Below, one piece after another: positions 21,539 to 31,231 of a DNA stretch of 64,000 nt. The notes below the pieces were generated by a model that worked only from the letters and a program-made list of their open reading frames with translations, searched no databases and was not told where the DNA came from. The stretch lies in assembly GCA_963745025.1 (NCBI GenBank), contig CAVUWD010000005.1:64001-128000 (forward strand). The letters are read 5' to 3'. Position 1 is the stretch's first letter. Each line of letters opens with the position of its first letter. This DNA comes from an uncultured delta proteobacterium. Its GTDB lineage: Bacteria; Desulfobacterota; Binatia; JACPRU01. Position numbers and translations under genes: made by a program.

Positions 21539-22673
21539 GCCGCTGGCGCCGTTCGTCGTCGAACGTGCTCGCGATCGCCTACAAGGAGGCGGCGTCATCC
21601 GGCACGACAAGGCGTTCCTCGGCATGGTGCTGATCCAGCCGATGATGATGCTCCTGCTCTTCGGCGACGCGCTCTCGAACAAGCCGGCCAACGTCCCCTG
21701 GGCGGTGCTCGACCAGAGCCACACCGCGCTGTCGCGCCGGCTCGTTCAGAGCGTCCAGGCGACCGGCTACTTCCTGCCGCCGCAGACGCGAACCGAGCTA
21801 CGAGAGCGCCCGCGAGCTGCTGCGCGAGGGAAAGGCTCTGGTCGTGCTCGTGATTCCGCAGAGCTTCGCGCGCGACGCCGAGCGCGGCGAGCCGCGCGTG
21901 CAGCTCCTGCTCGACGGCAGCGACCCGCTCACGGCGGCGCGCGTCGGCGGCTACGTTCCGCAGGTGGCGGCGTCTTTCGAGCCGCGCATCGGCCCCGGTC
22001 GCCCGCGATCCCGACCGCCCGATCCGGCGCCGGCCCGATCGACATCCGCCAGCGCTTCTGGTTCAACCCGACGCTCGCGACCGCGACTTCTTCCTCGCCG
22101 CGCTCGCCGGCATGCTGCTCACCAACCTCTGCCTCTCGGTGACCAGCCTCGGTCTCGTCGGCGAGCGCGAGAGCGGGACCTACGAGCAGATGCTCGTCGC
22201 TGCCGACGCGCCGCTCGAGATCGTGCTCGGCAAGCTCGTGCCGTACGTCGGCGTCTGCTACGTGCTGCTGCTCTTCGCGATCGTCGTGCCGGGACTCGTG
22301 CTTCGGGATCTGGCCGCACGGCAGCTGGCTCGCGCTCTTGTGGCGACGCTGCCCTTCGTGCTCGCGTCGCTCGCGATCGGCGTGTTGGTCTCCACGCTCG
22401 CGAGACCTCGGCGCAGGCGGTCTTCATCACGGTCTTCTTCATCTTGCCGTCGTTCGTGCTCTCCGGCGTGATGATGCCGTACCAGCTCATGCCGCACGGC
22501 GTCCGCGAGATCGGCGCGGTGCTGCCGCTGCGCTGGTACCAGATCGCGTGCGCCGCATCATCGAGCGCGGCGGCGGCATCGTCGACACGGCCGGGCCGAC
22601 GCTGGCGCTGTTCGCGATCTTCGCGGTGCTGCTCGCGCTCATCCGCTGGCGGATGAAGCCGCGGCTCGGATGA
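21535..22673 (+). CDS. ABC-2 permease (YbhR-like), with frameshifts
   Basis: LVGERESGTYEQML...EIVLGKLVPY and PSFVLSG. Confidence 0.85.
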
Positions 22674-22758
22674 GCGCAGCGGTGACGAACGATAACGGAA
22701 TCGGCTGGACGGCCCGGATGCGTTGCCATGCGATGAGCCCGTTCGGGCTCGCCGCGGC

Positions 22759-25113
22759 TCAAGCGACGATCTTCTCCGCGCGGAGCTCGGTGATCTCGCT
22801 CGCCGAGAGCCCGAGCACGTCGCGCAGTACGCGGTCCGTGTGCTCGCCATGGAGCGGTCCTGGCGAGTCGATGAAACCCGGAGTGTCGGAGAGCTTCAGC
22901 GGCAGACCGTCGAGCTGAAGGACGCGCCCCTCGGGGTCGCGGAGGCGCGCCCAGTAGCCTCGCCACTGGAGGTGCGGGTCACGGGCGCAGAGATCTTCGC
23001 CGTTGGCCACCGTGAACGCGGCGACGCCGAAACGCTGACAGAGGGCCGTCACTTCTTCGGGGCCCCGCGTGCTCGTCCAGCGCTCGATGGCGTCGTCGAG
23101 CGCACGCGTGTGTTGCAGACGCGCACCGTTCGTCGTGAAGCGAGGGTCGGTGGTCCACGGTTCCCCGACGAGGTCCGCGAAGCGGCGCCACTCTTCGTCG
23201 CACAAAATCGAGATTGCCACCCAGCGGTCGTCGCCGCTGCAACGATACACGCCGTGCGGCGCGCCGGGTGCCTCCTGGGAACGGTTGACCGTCGGCTCGG
23301 GGACCGTCCCGTTGTTGGCGAGGTCGAGGAGCATGGGCCCCATGTAGGCGGCGACGCTCTCGAGCTGGGAGAGGTCGATGAATTGTCCCTCGCCGGTCCG
23401 CGCCCGATGATGGAGCGCGGCGAGCACGGCGAGCGCACCGTTCAGGCCGCCGCAGATGTCGGAGTGGGAGAAGCCCCAGCCGGCCGGATCCTTTCCGGGA
23501 GGCCGCATCAACAGGGTGTGACCGCAGAGCGCATGCAGCGTGGGGCCGAAGCTCACGTAGTCCTTCTGCGGGCCCGTCCTGCCGAAGCCCGACATGCCGA
23601 CGGCGATGATGTCCGGCCGGAGCTTGCGCAAGCCCTCGTAGTCGAGACCCCAGTTGCCCATGACCCGCGCGCTGAAGTTGTCGGCGACCACGTCGCTGGT
23701 GGCCGCCAGGCGCTTGGCGAGATCGACGCCGCGAGGATCGCTCATGTTGAGGATGAGGCTCCGCTTGCCGCGATTCAGGTTGCCGAAGAAGCCGCCGCGG
23801 CGCTCGCCGAGGTCCAGCGTCACGGTGCGCTCGACCTTGATCACCTCGGCGCCGTGGTCGGCGAGGATGCGCGTGGCGATCGGGCCGGCGACGACGTGGG
23901 TGAAGTCGAGGACGCGAATGCCGTCGAGGATCCGGCGGGAACTCTCCCCGTTGCACGCGCGTCGCGCGGCCTGCCCCCCGGGGAGAGAAGCGGATGCCGG
24001 CCACGACGAGCTTCCGAGTCGTGGCGCTTCGGACCGCGTCACGAACGGCGTCTTCGACATCCGAAAGGGCGCCCCGGGGAAGCGAAGGCTCGTTCCGCGA
24101 ATCGGCGCGAAGAACCCTCGATCGGCGAGCTGCGCATCCTCGAGCAACGCTTCCGGCGGCCGCACCGCGGCGAACGGCAGGCGCCGAAGCTGCGCGCCTT
24201 CGAGGATCTCCTCCGCCGTCTGCTCCGCCGCCCAGCGATCGAGCACGGCGTAAATCTCCTCCCAGTGCTCGCGGCGATAGTAGAAATCGTGCCACTCTTC
24301 GCCGGCGAGCTCGGTGCCGAAGCCCCGTTCCATCATCCAGCCGACGAGCGTCGTCCAGTCGCAGAGGAGGCAGAGCATCACGTAGCCGTCCCGGCAGCGG
24401 CTGGTGCGGAACACGCGCGTCCAGTGGACCGGCCCGCGGCGGATCTCGATCCGTCGCTCGCTGTTCCAGGCGGCGCTGGTCTCCTCGAGCGCGCCGGCCA
24501 CCGCTTCTTGAAGGCTCACGTCGATGACCTGGCCTCGGCCGCTTCGCTCCCTCTCGAGGAGCGCGAGCAGGGTGCCGATCACGGAATACGCGGACGCGGC
24601 GTGATAGGCCTGCAGGCCGAAACCCTGTAGCGGCGTGTCGTTCGGAAAACCGTTGGTGAAGACCATGCCGCCCGCCGCCTGCGCGACGAGATCCGAAGAA
24701 CGGAAGCCGGCGTACGGCCCGGTCAGGCCGAACGGTGTGACGCGCACGATCACCAGGCGTGGATTCGCTGCGCGGAGGTTGTGGACGTCCAGCTCCCAGG
24801 GCAGCGGTTCGCTCGGGGGAGTCGAGTCGAGCCAGACGTCGGATGAAGCGATGAGCCTCCCGACGCCTTCGCGGTCCGCGCGACGCGACGGGTCGGCGAC
24901 GAGGCTCCGTTTACCCGCATTGTAGAAGGTGAACGAGAGGCTCTGCGTGCGATCTCCGCCCAGAAACGGCGGGAAGCGACGCGACGCTGCGCCCTCGGGC
25001 GGCTCGATCTTCCATACCTCGGCACCGAGGTCGGCGAGCAGGCGGCCGGCGAATTCCGCTGCGATGCCGGCGGTCTCCACCACGCGAACGCCTCCGAGCG
25101 CGTGGTCAGACAC
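22759..25113 (-). CDS. Family III (CaiB/BaiF) CoA-transferase, two fused copies
   Basis: LADLGAEVWKIEPP...YNAGKRS in the first half and LADHGAEVIKVE...LNRGKRS in the second half. Confidence 0.9.
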   Translation of the reverse strand: MSDHALGGVRVVETAGIAAEFAGRLLADLGAEVWKIEPPEGAASRRFPPFLGGDRTQSLSFTFYNAGKRSLVADPSRRADREGVGRLIASSDVWLDSTPPSEPLPWELDVHNLRAANPRLVIVRVTPFGLTGPYAGFRSSDLVAQAAGGMVFTNGFPNDTPLQGFGLQAYHAASAYSVIGTLLALLERERSGRGQVIDVSLQEAVAGALEETSAAWNSERRIEIRRGPVHWTRVFRTSRCRDGYVMLCLLCDWTTLVGWMMERGFGTELAGEEWHDFYYRREHWEEIYAVLDRWAAEQTAEEILEGAQLRRLPFAAVRPPEALLEDAQLADRGFFAPIRGTSLRFPGAPFRMSKTPFVTRSEAPRLGSSSWPASASLPGGQAARRACNGESSRRILDGIRVLDFTHVVAGPIATRILADHGAEVIKVERTVTLDLGERRGGFFGNLNRGKRSLILNMSDPRGVDLAKRLAATSDVVADNFSARVMGNWGLDYEGLRKLRPDIIAVGMSGFGRTGPQKDYVSFGPTLHALCGHTLLMRPPGKDPAGWGFSHSDICGGLNGALAVLAALHHRARTGEGQFIDLSQLESVAAYMGPMLLDLANNGTVPEPTVNRSQEAPGAPHGVYRCSGDDRWVAISILCDEEWRRFADLVGEPWTTDPRFTTNGARLQHTRALDDAIERWTSTRGPEEVTALCQRFGVAAFTVANGEDLCARDPHLQWRGYWARLRDPEGRVLQLDGLPLKLSDTPGFIDSPGPLHGEHTDRVLRDVLGLSASEITELRAEKIVA

Positions 25114-26689
25114 GAGTGAACAGATCGCGCACGCCGTCGTCGGTGAGCTCCGAGACCCGCGAGATGCGGTCGGCGATCTCGGCGAGCGTCTCGAGCGTCG
25201 ATCCGCCGACGTCGATCAGGATCGCGTAGAGCGAGAAGTCGAGCCGTTTCTTCTCGCGGAGGAAGCGCTCTCGCCACTCCTCGCTCACGCGGCACTCCCC
25301 GTCGGTGATGAGCACGATGTCGCCGCGGCGGAAGCGCGAGGAGCCGAGGCAGTCGAGCGCGGCGTCGAGCGGATGCTCGAAGTCGGTGCCGCCGCCGGCG
25401 AAGTAGTCGGCGAGATCGAGAGCACCCTCGAGGTCCGACGCATAGCGCTCGCCGCGGTTCAGATCGAGCGTGTAGAGGCCGGTCTCCGGCGAAGAGAAGA
25501 GGATGGCGCGGAAGCGGCGCCGCTCGCGCCGTGCGATGTCCAGGAGCGTGAGCGCGACCGCCTTCGACCAGATCTCCTTCGGGCCCGCCATCGAGGAGCT
25601 GGTGTCGAGGCAGACGATCATCGGCCCCCGGCCGCGCTCGTCGTCGCCGCGCAGGCGATACTGCAGGAGCGAGCCCTCGACGTAGCGCCGCTGCCAGTCG
25701 CGGCGAAGCGCGGGATGATGAAGCGCGAGCAGCTCTTGCGGCAGCATGCGCGCGATGTCGCGGCCGGTTTCGACCTCGTAGACTTCCTCGGTCGGCCGCT
25801 CGAACAGCCGGTGGCGGAGCGCGAGGGCCTGCTCGCGCATGCGGCCGAGCAGCGCCGCTAGCTTGCGGAGCTTCGGATTGCGCGCCAGCCGACGGCCGAG
25901 CTCCAGGCTCCGTCCGACGGAGCCCGAGCCCTTGGCGCCGAGCGCTCGGCCCCAGCTCTCGGCCTCGTCGGCGGCCTCGTCGAGCGTTTGCGCCACGCCG
26001 AGGGCTTCGGCCTCGAGCCGCTTCTTCGCCGTCTGCGCCTTGGCGGCGACGTCGCGGGAAGTCTCGCCCGCCTTGCGCGCCAGGCGCCGCTCGGCCATGC
26101 GGGATTCGCGGCTGAGCCGCTCGCGCAACTGGTCGAATGTGTGGCGCGACTCGTCACCGAGAGACGGATCTTCGGCCGCCTCGGCCGCCCGTGCCGCTTC
26201 GCGCAGGCGCTCGGCGTCCTCCTCTTCGTCGCGTTGCAGCGCGAAGTGATCGAGCAGATCACGGCGTGAGAACAGCTTCTCCGATTTGAGCAGTTCCAGG
26301 GCGCGCTCGCCGAGCAAGACGGTCGCGAGCCCGGCGCGCGCCTCGTCGAGCTGCGTGCGGGTCTTCAGATGCTCGTACGGAGCGGAGGCGAGCAGCCCGT
26401 CGAGCAGCACTCGGTTGACGCGTGCGCTCGGAGCGATCGCCGGGGTCGCGAGAAAGAGAACGTTGTACTTGAAGAGCGCGGCGAAGACGTCGCGCAGGAG
26501 CGCACCGAAATGCGGAAGCAAGACGCGTCCCTGTTCCTCCAGCGCCCGCAGCGAGCCGGAATCCCGCCGCAGATCTTCGAAGCGCGCGCGATCGTACGAA
26601 TCGGTCTCGATCCAGGCCGTGCCGCTCGGAACCGTGACCGGCAGGGTCGGGGCGGCGGGCGCTGCGGGGGATTTGCGGCGGCGGCTCAG
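25106..26689 (-). CDS. VWA-domain protein (ViaA-like partner of a MoxR/RavA ATPase)
   Basis: MIDAS elements CLDTSSSM, GGGTDF and LITDG. Start inferred at CTG 26689 (see findings). Confidence 0.85.
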   Translation of the reverse strand: MSRRRKSPAAPAAPTLPVTVPSGTAWIETDSYDRARFEDLRRDSGSLRALEEQGRVLLPHFGALLRDVFAALFKYNVLFLATPAIAPSARVNRVLLDGLLASAPYEHLKTRTQLDEARAGLATVLLGERALELLKSEKLFSRRDLLDHFALQRDEEEDAERLREAARAAEAAEDPSLGDESRHTFDQLRERLSRESRMAERRLARKAGETSRDVAAKAQTAKKRLEAEALGVAQTLDEAADEAESWGRALGAKGSGSVGRSLELGRRLARNPKLRKLAALLGRMREQALALRHRLFERPTEEVYEVETGRDIARMLPQELLALHHPALRRDWQRRYVEGSLLQYRLRGDDERGRGPMIVCLDTSSSMAGPKEIWSKAVALTLLDIARRERRRFRAILFSSPETGLYTLDLNRGERYASDLEGALDLADYFAGGGTDFEHPLDAALDCLGSSRFRRGDIVLITDGECRVSEEWRERFLREKKRLDFSLYAILIDVGGSTLETLAEIADRISRVSELTDDGVRDLFTRV

Positions 26690-26892
26690 TGGTGGAACTC
26701 CTTCTTCGCATAGAACTGCTCGAGGCCGGACAGTACCTCGACGAGGTGCGCGAACTCGTCCTCGTTCAGGTAGACGTCGAGCCCGTGGTTGTAGAGCGAG
26801 AAGGCAATGTTCGTCTGCCCCTCCTCGTCCCAGTACCGAAGCACGCGGAAGCAGTCGCACTCGTAGAGAACTTTTTCGTCCTTTTCGCCCAT
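26686..26892 (-). CDS. Small acidic hypothetical protein (68 aa)
   Basis: MGEKDEKVLYECDCF...KKEFHH with a purine-rich RBS and protein-like composition, between the AAA+ and VWA genes. Confidence 0.7.
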   Translation of the reverse strand: MGEKDEKVLYECDCFRVLRYWDEEGQTNIAFSLYNHGLDVYLNEDEFAHLVEVLSGLEQFYAKKEFHH

Positions 26893-26920
26893 GGAGCTTC
26901 CTTTCCCGTTCAGCGGAGCG

Positions 26921-28039
26921 TTATACGGATCGCAGCGTCTCCTGCTCGATTGCGGCGATTTCGCCGCGGATCTCGAGCGCGCGATCGAGCGGCCGGCCGC
27001 CCTCGCGGGCGGAGTGGAGGATCGCGTCGACACGCTCGAGGATGTGACGGAGCTTGGTTTGCACCTCGAGCACCGCCCGGGAGCGCATCTCCCGAGTCTC
27101 CCACTCGCGCAGCGCGTAGTCGCGGAGCTCGCGGCTCTGGAAGAGAAGTTCCTGCACCTCGTCCTCGTGGCCGCGAACGAGCGCACGCAGCGTCGCCCGC
27201 ACCTCGGCGCGCTCGCCGGGATCCCGCCAGAGCGCGTGCTCGAGAAACAGCAGATCTTCCTCTTCGACTGCGGAGCGGCCGGCGAGGAGCGCCCGCGCCC
27301 GCAGCACCGCGAGCGCCTGGCGGTAGCGACGATCCGATGCGACGATCTGCTTGCGGCCGAGCTCGCGGCGCAGGTCGGCGAGGCGGCGCAGCACCGCCGG
27401 CGGGATCGGCAGGCTCGCGGCGGCGTTCTGCAGCTCGGCCAGCGCGGCGAGCGGAAGCGTGGTTCGCTGCGTTGCCGACTGCGCTTCGAGCATGCGCAGG
27501 AAGCGGAAATCCTCCTGCACGTAGCCGAGCACGAAGCGCAACAGAAAGCGATCGTAGAGCGCGGCGAGCTCGTCTTCTTCGGGAAGCTCGTTGGTCGCGC
27601 CGAACAGCGTGACCAACGGGACGGGCTCCACCGATCGCCCGTTGTGGAAGAAGCGCTCGTTCACGATCGTGAGGATGGCGTTCAAGATCGAGGAATTCGC
27701 CTTGAAGACCTCGTCGAGGAAGGCGATGTGCGCCTTCGGCAGCTTGCCGGTCGTCACGCGCCGGTATTCGTCCGCTTCGAGCGCCTTCAAGCTGACCGCC
27801 CCGAAAATCTCTTCGGGCGTGGTGAACTTCGTGAGCAGCCATTGAAAGTAGACACCGCCCTCGATCCGTCGGCAGAGCTCGTCGGCGAGCATCGACTTGG
27901 CGGTGCCGGGCGGACCGATCAGCAGCACGTGTGCACGCGCGAGCAGCGCGACCAGCGCGCCTTCGATCACTTCGCTGCGCTCGACGAACGCCTGCTCCAG
28001 CTCGTCGCGGACGCGCGCCAGTGTCTCGATCGGGGTCAT
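26921..28039 (-). CDS. MoxR-family AAA+ ATPase, RavA-like
   Basis: GPPGTAKS, TTPEEIFG, FLDEVFKANSSILN and ALYDRF. ATG at 28039. Confidence 0.9.
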   Translation of the reverse strand: MTPIETLARVRDELEQAFVERSEVIEGALVALLARAHVLLIGPPGTAKSMLADELCRRIEGGVYFQWLLTKFTTPEEIFGAVSLKALEADEYRRVTTGKLPKAHIAFLDEVFKANSSILNAILTIVNERFFHNGRSVEPVPLVTLFGATNELPEEDELAALYDRFLLRFVLGYVQEDFRFLRMLEAQSATQRTTLPLAALAELQNAAASLPIPPAVLRRLADLRRELGRKQIVASDRRYRQALAVLRARALLAGRSAVEEEDLLFLEHALWRDPGERAEVRATLRALVRGHEDEVQELLFQSRELRDYALREWETREMRSRAVLEVQTKLRHILERVDAILHSAREGGRPLDRALEIRGEIAAIEQETLRSV

Positions 28040-28058
28040 GGCGGCGCCGGGGGAAAGG

Positions 28059-28340
28059 TCAGTCGACGCGGTCGATGTCGGCGGCGAGCTGGAAGTCGCG
28101 CTCGGTGAGGCCACCCGCCGCGTGCGTCCAGAGAACGAGCGTCACGTCGCGATAGTGGATGAGGATGTCGGGGTGGTGGTCTTCGACCTCCGCCAGATCG
28201 GCCACCCGATTGACGAACCCCATCGCCGCGCGGAAATCCACGAAGCGAAACTTCTTCTCGATCGTCTTGCCCTTCAGCTGCCATCCGGCGAGCGAGGCCA
28301 GGCGACGAGCGATCTCTTCCGACGAGAGGAGGGCCGGCAT
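28059..28340 (-). CDS. phhB: Pterin-4-alpha-carbinolamine dehydratase
   Basis: EDHHPDI...LWTHAAGGLTERDF. Confidence 0.9.
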   Translation of the reverse strand: MPALLSSEEIARRLASLAGWQLKGKTIEKKFRFVDFRAAMGFVNRVADLAEVEDHHPDILIHYRDVTLVLWTHAAGGLTERDFQLAADIDRVD

Positions 28341-28468
28341 CCTCTCGTCATCCTATCGGGGCTCGCCGGCAGCGACAAGGCGATGAGGCGGCCGCTGACT
28401 CCTCAAAGCCCGCGCATCGCTTGAGGCTCCGGCTCGGATCTTTCCCGTAGCCCGAAGCCCGTAGCTTC

Positions 28469-28873
28469 CTAGGGCCTGGCCGTCGGCTTGCCGGCGTCGT
28501 TCCAGCCCTTGATACCGTCGGCCATCACGCTCACGTCCGTGTAGCCCGCTTCGGCCGCCCGCCGGGCGGCCTCGTGAGAGGCCATTCAATGCGTGTTCGC
28601 GCAGTAGAATACGAGCTTGGCGTCCTTCGCGGGAGGAAGGTCCTCGGCGACGTCGAAGCTGTCGGACGAGGACAACAGCCGCGCTCCCGGCACGATGCCT
28701 TCCCTCGCTCGTACGCTCGGCGGATTGACGTCATAGATCCACACGGTACTCGAGTTGGCGGCGGTCAGTGCCGCGAGATCATCGACGTGGATGATCTTGA
28801 ACGACTCGACGGCCTGGCCGCGCCCGGTGAAGGCGAGGGCGAGTGCCACGACCAGCATGACGATCTTCGGCAT
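28469..28873 (-). CDS. Secreted rhodanese-domain protein with an in-frame TGA, probable selenoprotein
   Basis: Reading through TGA 28586-28588 gives LVFYCANTH-U-MASHEAARRAAEAGYTDVSVMADGIKGWKDAG, completing the rhodanese fold. Signal peptide present. Confidence 0.8.
28553..28571 (-). promoter_or_regulatory. Candidate bacterial SECIS hairpin
   Basis: GGCCGCCC-GGC-GGGCGGCC begins 14 nt after the UGA, with G at the start of the loop. Confidence 0.55.
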
Positions 28874-29229
28874 GACCTCGTGGTTAGCCTCCCCGAAGCC
28901 GCGACGCAAGGCCAGCGCCCAGAGCGAAGTCGCTCCGACTTTGCGGTGCCACGTCGCCGCCGGATAGATCCTTCGTCGCGCCGATCAAATCGACGCGCTG
29001 CTCGCAGGCTGAGTCGGCCACCGATCCGAAACAAGGGCGCACTACGAAGTTAAGAAGTTATACGAAGCACGAAACTAGCTCTCCCGGGAACGTAATGCAC
29101 TCCGGATCTTGCTCTCGAATTTGTCGCGCAGATGCTCGCCGGCGTCGCCCTCGCGAATCGACGCCGCCTCACCGAGGCTCTCTGCAAAACTTGGGGTACA
29201 CCCGAAAGAACGAGCCTGAGCAGCTCGCG

Positions 29230-30243
29230 TCACCCCGGTCGGGCCGCCGCGGCGCGCGCGCGTGCCACCATGAATGCGATGGTGTCGCTCATGCCGACCG
29301 GCTCGAGCGTCACGTGCGGATGGGACCCAGAAAAGACACGGAAGACCTCGTCGCAGAAGCCCTGCCCCACGACCTCCACCCCCGAGAAGTCGAGCGTGAC
29401 GTGCGTGAAGTCGGTCAGCCGGGCAACCAGCCGCTTTGCCTCCGATCGGGAAACGAGCACGGTGCCGACGGCGGCAAGTTTGATCGTCGCACGGGTGCGG
29501 GTAAACCGCAGGGTCTCGGGATCCGTGTAGGCGGCAAACACGTCCTCGAGCCGCGGCACGTGCCCCGAGACGACCTCGAGCGTCACACGCGTACCCCGCC
29601 GCACCTCGCTCGGGCCGATGCCGCTGTCCTTCACGTCGTTGTCCACGATCCAGGCGATCCCTTGGCTCTCCAGCCGAAAACGCGTGACGGCCTTGGAGGA
29701 GAAGAACAGGCCCTCGCCGCTGTGCCGTGACGGATCGCTGGTGAGCTTGCCCTTCTCGAGCTGGACGATGGCTTCGCGGGGCGTGGCGTAGCCGAAATCG
29801 TCACACACCCGCCGAAACACCCCGATCCCGTCGTCCTGCACCGTCGTGACAGTCGTTCCACCCCCCTCGAACGCGACGCCGACCTCGACCGCTCGTCCGC
29901 CCGAGTGATCGACGGCGTTGTTGACGATCTCCGACGCGGCATACGCGAGACTGTGCGCCGCATCGGGGTCGAGCGGGCGAATGCGCGCGATCTCCGAGGC
30001 CACGTTCTGCCAGACCAGATGCTCGTCGAGCCCCTGCCGGCGAAAGCGACGGCGTAGCGCCCGCAAACGATATTGCGCCGCCCGACCCTTCCCGTGGCGT
30101 TGGAGCACGCCCCCGAGGACGAGTGCCTGGAGGAGCCGATGCGCCGTGGCGGGGGAGATGCGCAGGGCGGCCGCCACGTGGCGATTCTGAACGACGCCGC
30201 GACGGTCGACGAGCCGCCGCAGGCGCTCGGCGGGGGTCACCAT
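29230..30243 (-). CDS. wHTH-HATPase_c-STAS-like (DUF4325) fusion protein
   Basis: N-terminal HTH, SEIVNNAVDHS, DDGIG, HSGEGLFFSS and C-terminal LVSRSEAKRL...LDFSGVEVVGQGFCDEVFRVF. Confidence 0.85.
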   Translation of the reverse strand: MVTPAERLRRLVDRRGVVQNRHVAAALRISPATAHRLLQALVLGGVLQRHGKGRAAQYRLRALRRRFRRQGLDEHLVWQNVASEIARIRPLDPDAAHSLAYAASEIVNNAVDHSGGRAVEVGVAFEGGGTTVTTVQDDGIGVFRRVCDDFGYATPREAIVQLEKGKLTSDPSRHSGEGLFFSSKAVTRFRLESQGIAWIVDNDVKDSGIGPSEVRRGTRVTLEVVSGHVPRLEDVFAAYTDPETLRFTRTRATIKLAAVGTVLVSRSEAKRLVARLTDFTHVTLDFSGVEVVGQGFCDEVFRVFSGSHPHVTLEPVGMSDTIAFMVARARAAAARPG

Positions 30244-30295
30244 GGACGCGATACTAATAGAATCACCTCATAATGTCGAGGTGATATAAGGGGAA

Positions 30296-30988
30296 TCATC
30301 TCACGGCCCGTGGGCTTACCACGGGATCGTCTCGGCATGCGGCGGCGACTCCAGCGTAGAGCAGCATCACCAGCCACGCGACGGCGTTGCCGGCCGATAG
30401 CGCTGCCCGCGCCGGGATCGAAGCGAGGCCGGCGACGACCATTAGCCCACCGGCGACGCACACGGCACCAGCGAAACGAGCGACCGAACTCCCACGCGCA
30501 AACATTGCGACACCGGCGCAGATACACAGCACGGCAAGGGCAAGGAACTTCCCGGTGCTGCCGATCGCCAGGAGCGTGAGCGACGTGGGACTGCCCGGTA
30601 GCTCCGACGTGATCCGCAACTGCGTCGCGGTCTCGAGCACGTCGAAGGTGAGCGCGGCCCCGACGCAGGCGAGCCCGATGCGGGCCACACCCGCCCCCGC
30701 CCGCAGCAAGGCGACAAAGAAGCATGCGAGGAAAGCGCTGTAGGTGGCGATGAAACCGACGAGGTCGACGGTGTTCGCCCGGTCCATCGCCGCGATCATC
30801 GATGCCCGGCACGGATCTCCGGCAGCACCAAAGACCGCCTCGATGTCAGCCGGTGTGCGCGACAGCTGGTATGTGAGCAGCGCCGACACCCCGGCCGGGA
30901 GCGGGCCGCTGCACGTCGCAGTTGGAATGACCCCGCCAAACCACACGACGAAGGCGATGACGCCCACACCAAAAAGCGCGCAGAGCAC
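30296..30988 (-). CDS. Hypothetical membrane protein
   Basis: About 6 hydrophobic helices. Start uncertain. Confidence 0.65.
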   Translation of the reverse strand: MLCALFGVGVIAFVVWFGGVIPTATCSGPLPAGVSALLTYQLSRTPADIEAVFGAAGDPCRASMIAAMDRANTVDLVGFIATYSAFLACFFVALLRAGAGVARIGLACVGAALTFDVLETATQLRITSELPGSPTSLTLLAIGSTGKFLALAVLCICAGVAMFARGSSVARFAGAVCVAGGLMVVAGLASIPARAALSAGNAVAWLVMLLYAGVAAACRDDPVVSPRAVR

Positions 30989-31231
30989 CCACCAGCGTCG
31001 CGATTGGTCGCTCGTCGTCGTCGTGTCGGCTTCCCCCTACCCTCAGGGTGTGCCCCGGAGCGGGAGAAAAAATCAACCACCGATGTTGTCTCAGTTTGGT
31101 GAATCGCCCCGGGTTTCCCGGAGATCTTGGGCTGCCCGAGCCTGGACCGCTCCTTGCCGTGCGGGGGCTCGCGAGCGTGCGCCCCTCGGGGTCCTTGAAC
31201 CCCGGGCCCCGCAAATGGCATCTTGCGCGCG

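Noticed and set aside
10000-22680. Many frameshifts in the aminotransferase, glcD and efflux operon, suggesting mass pseudogenisation or programmed frameshifting
   Set aside because: Single-base indels cluster in blocks across unrelated genes while motifs stay intact, which is typical of low-coverage long-read consensus error. The same applies to 45715-45960 and 58400-59660.
28910-29225. AT-richer intergenic segment as a possible IS end or ncRNA
   Set aside because: No transposase, terminal inverted repeat pair or recognisable RNA motif. Probably promoter or island junction sequence.
31100-31215. Hairpin-rich intergenic stretch with a GGTTCAAG-like segment on the minus strand, possible tRNA
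   Set aside because: No cloverleaf, D-arm or acceptor stem could be built.
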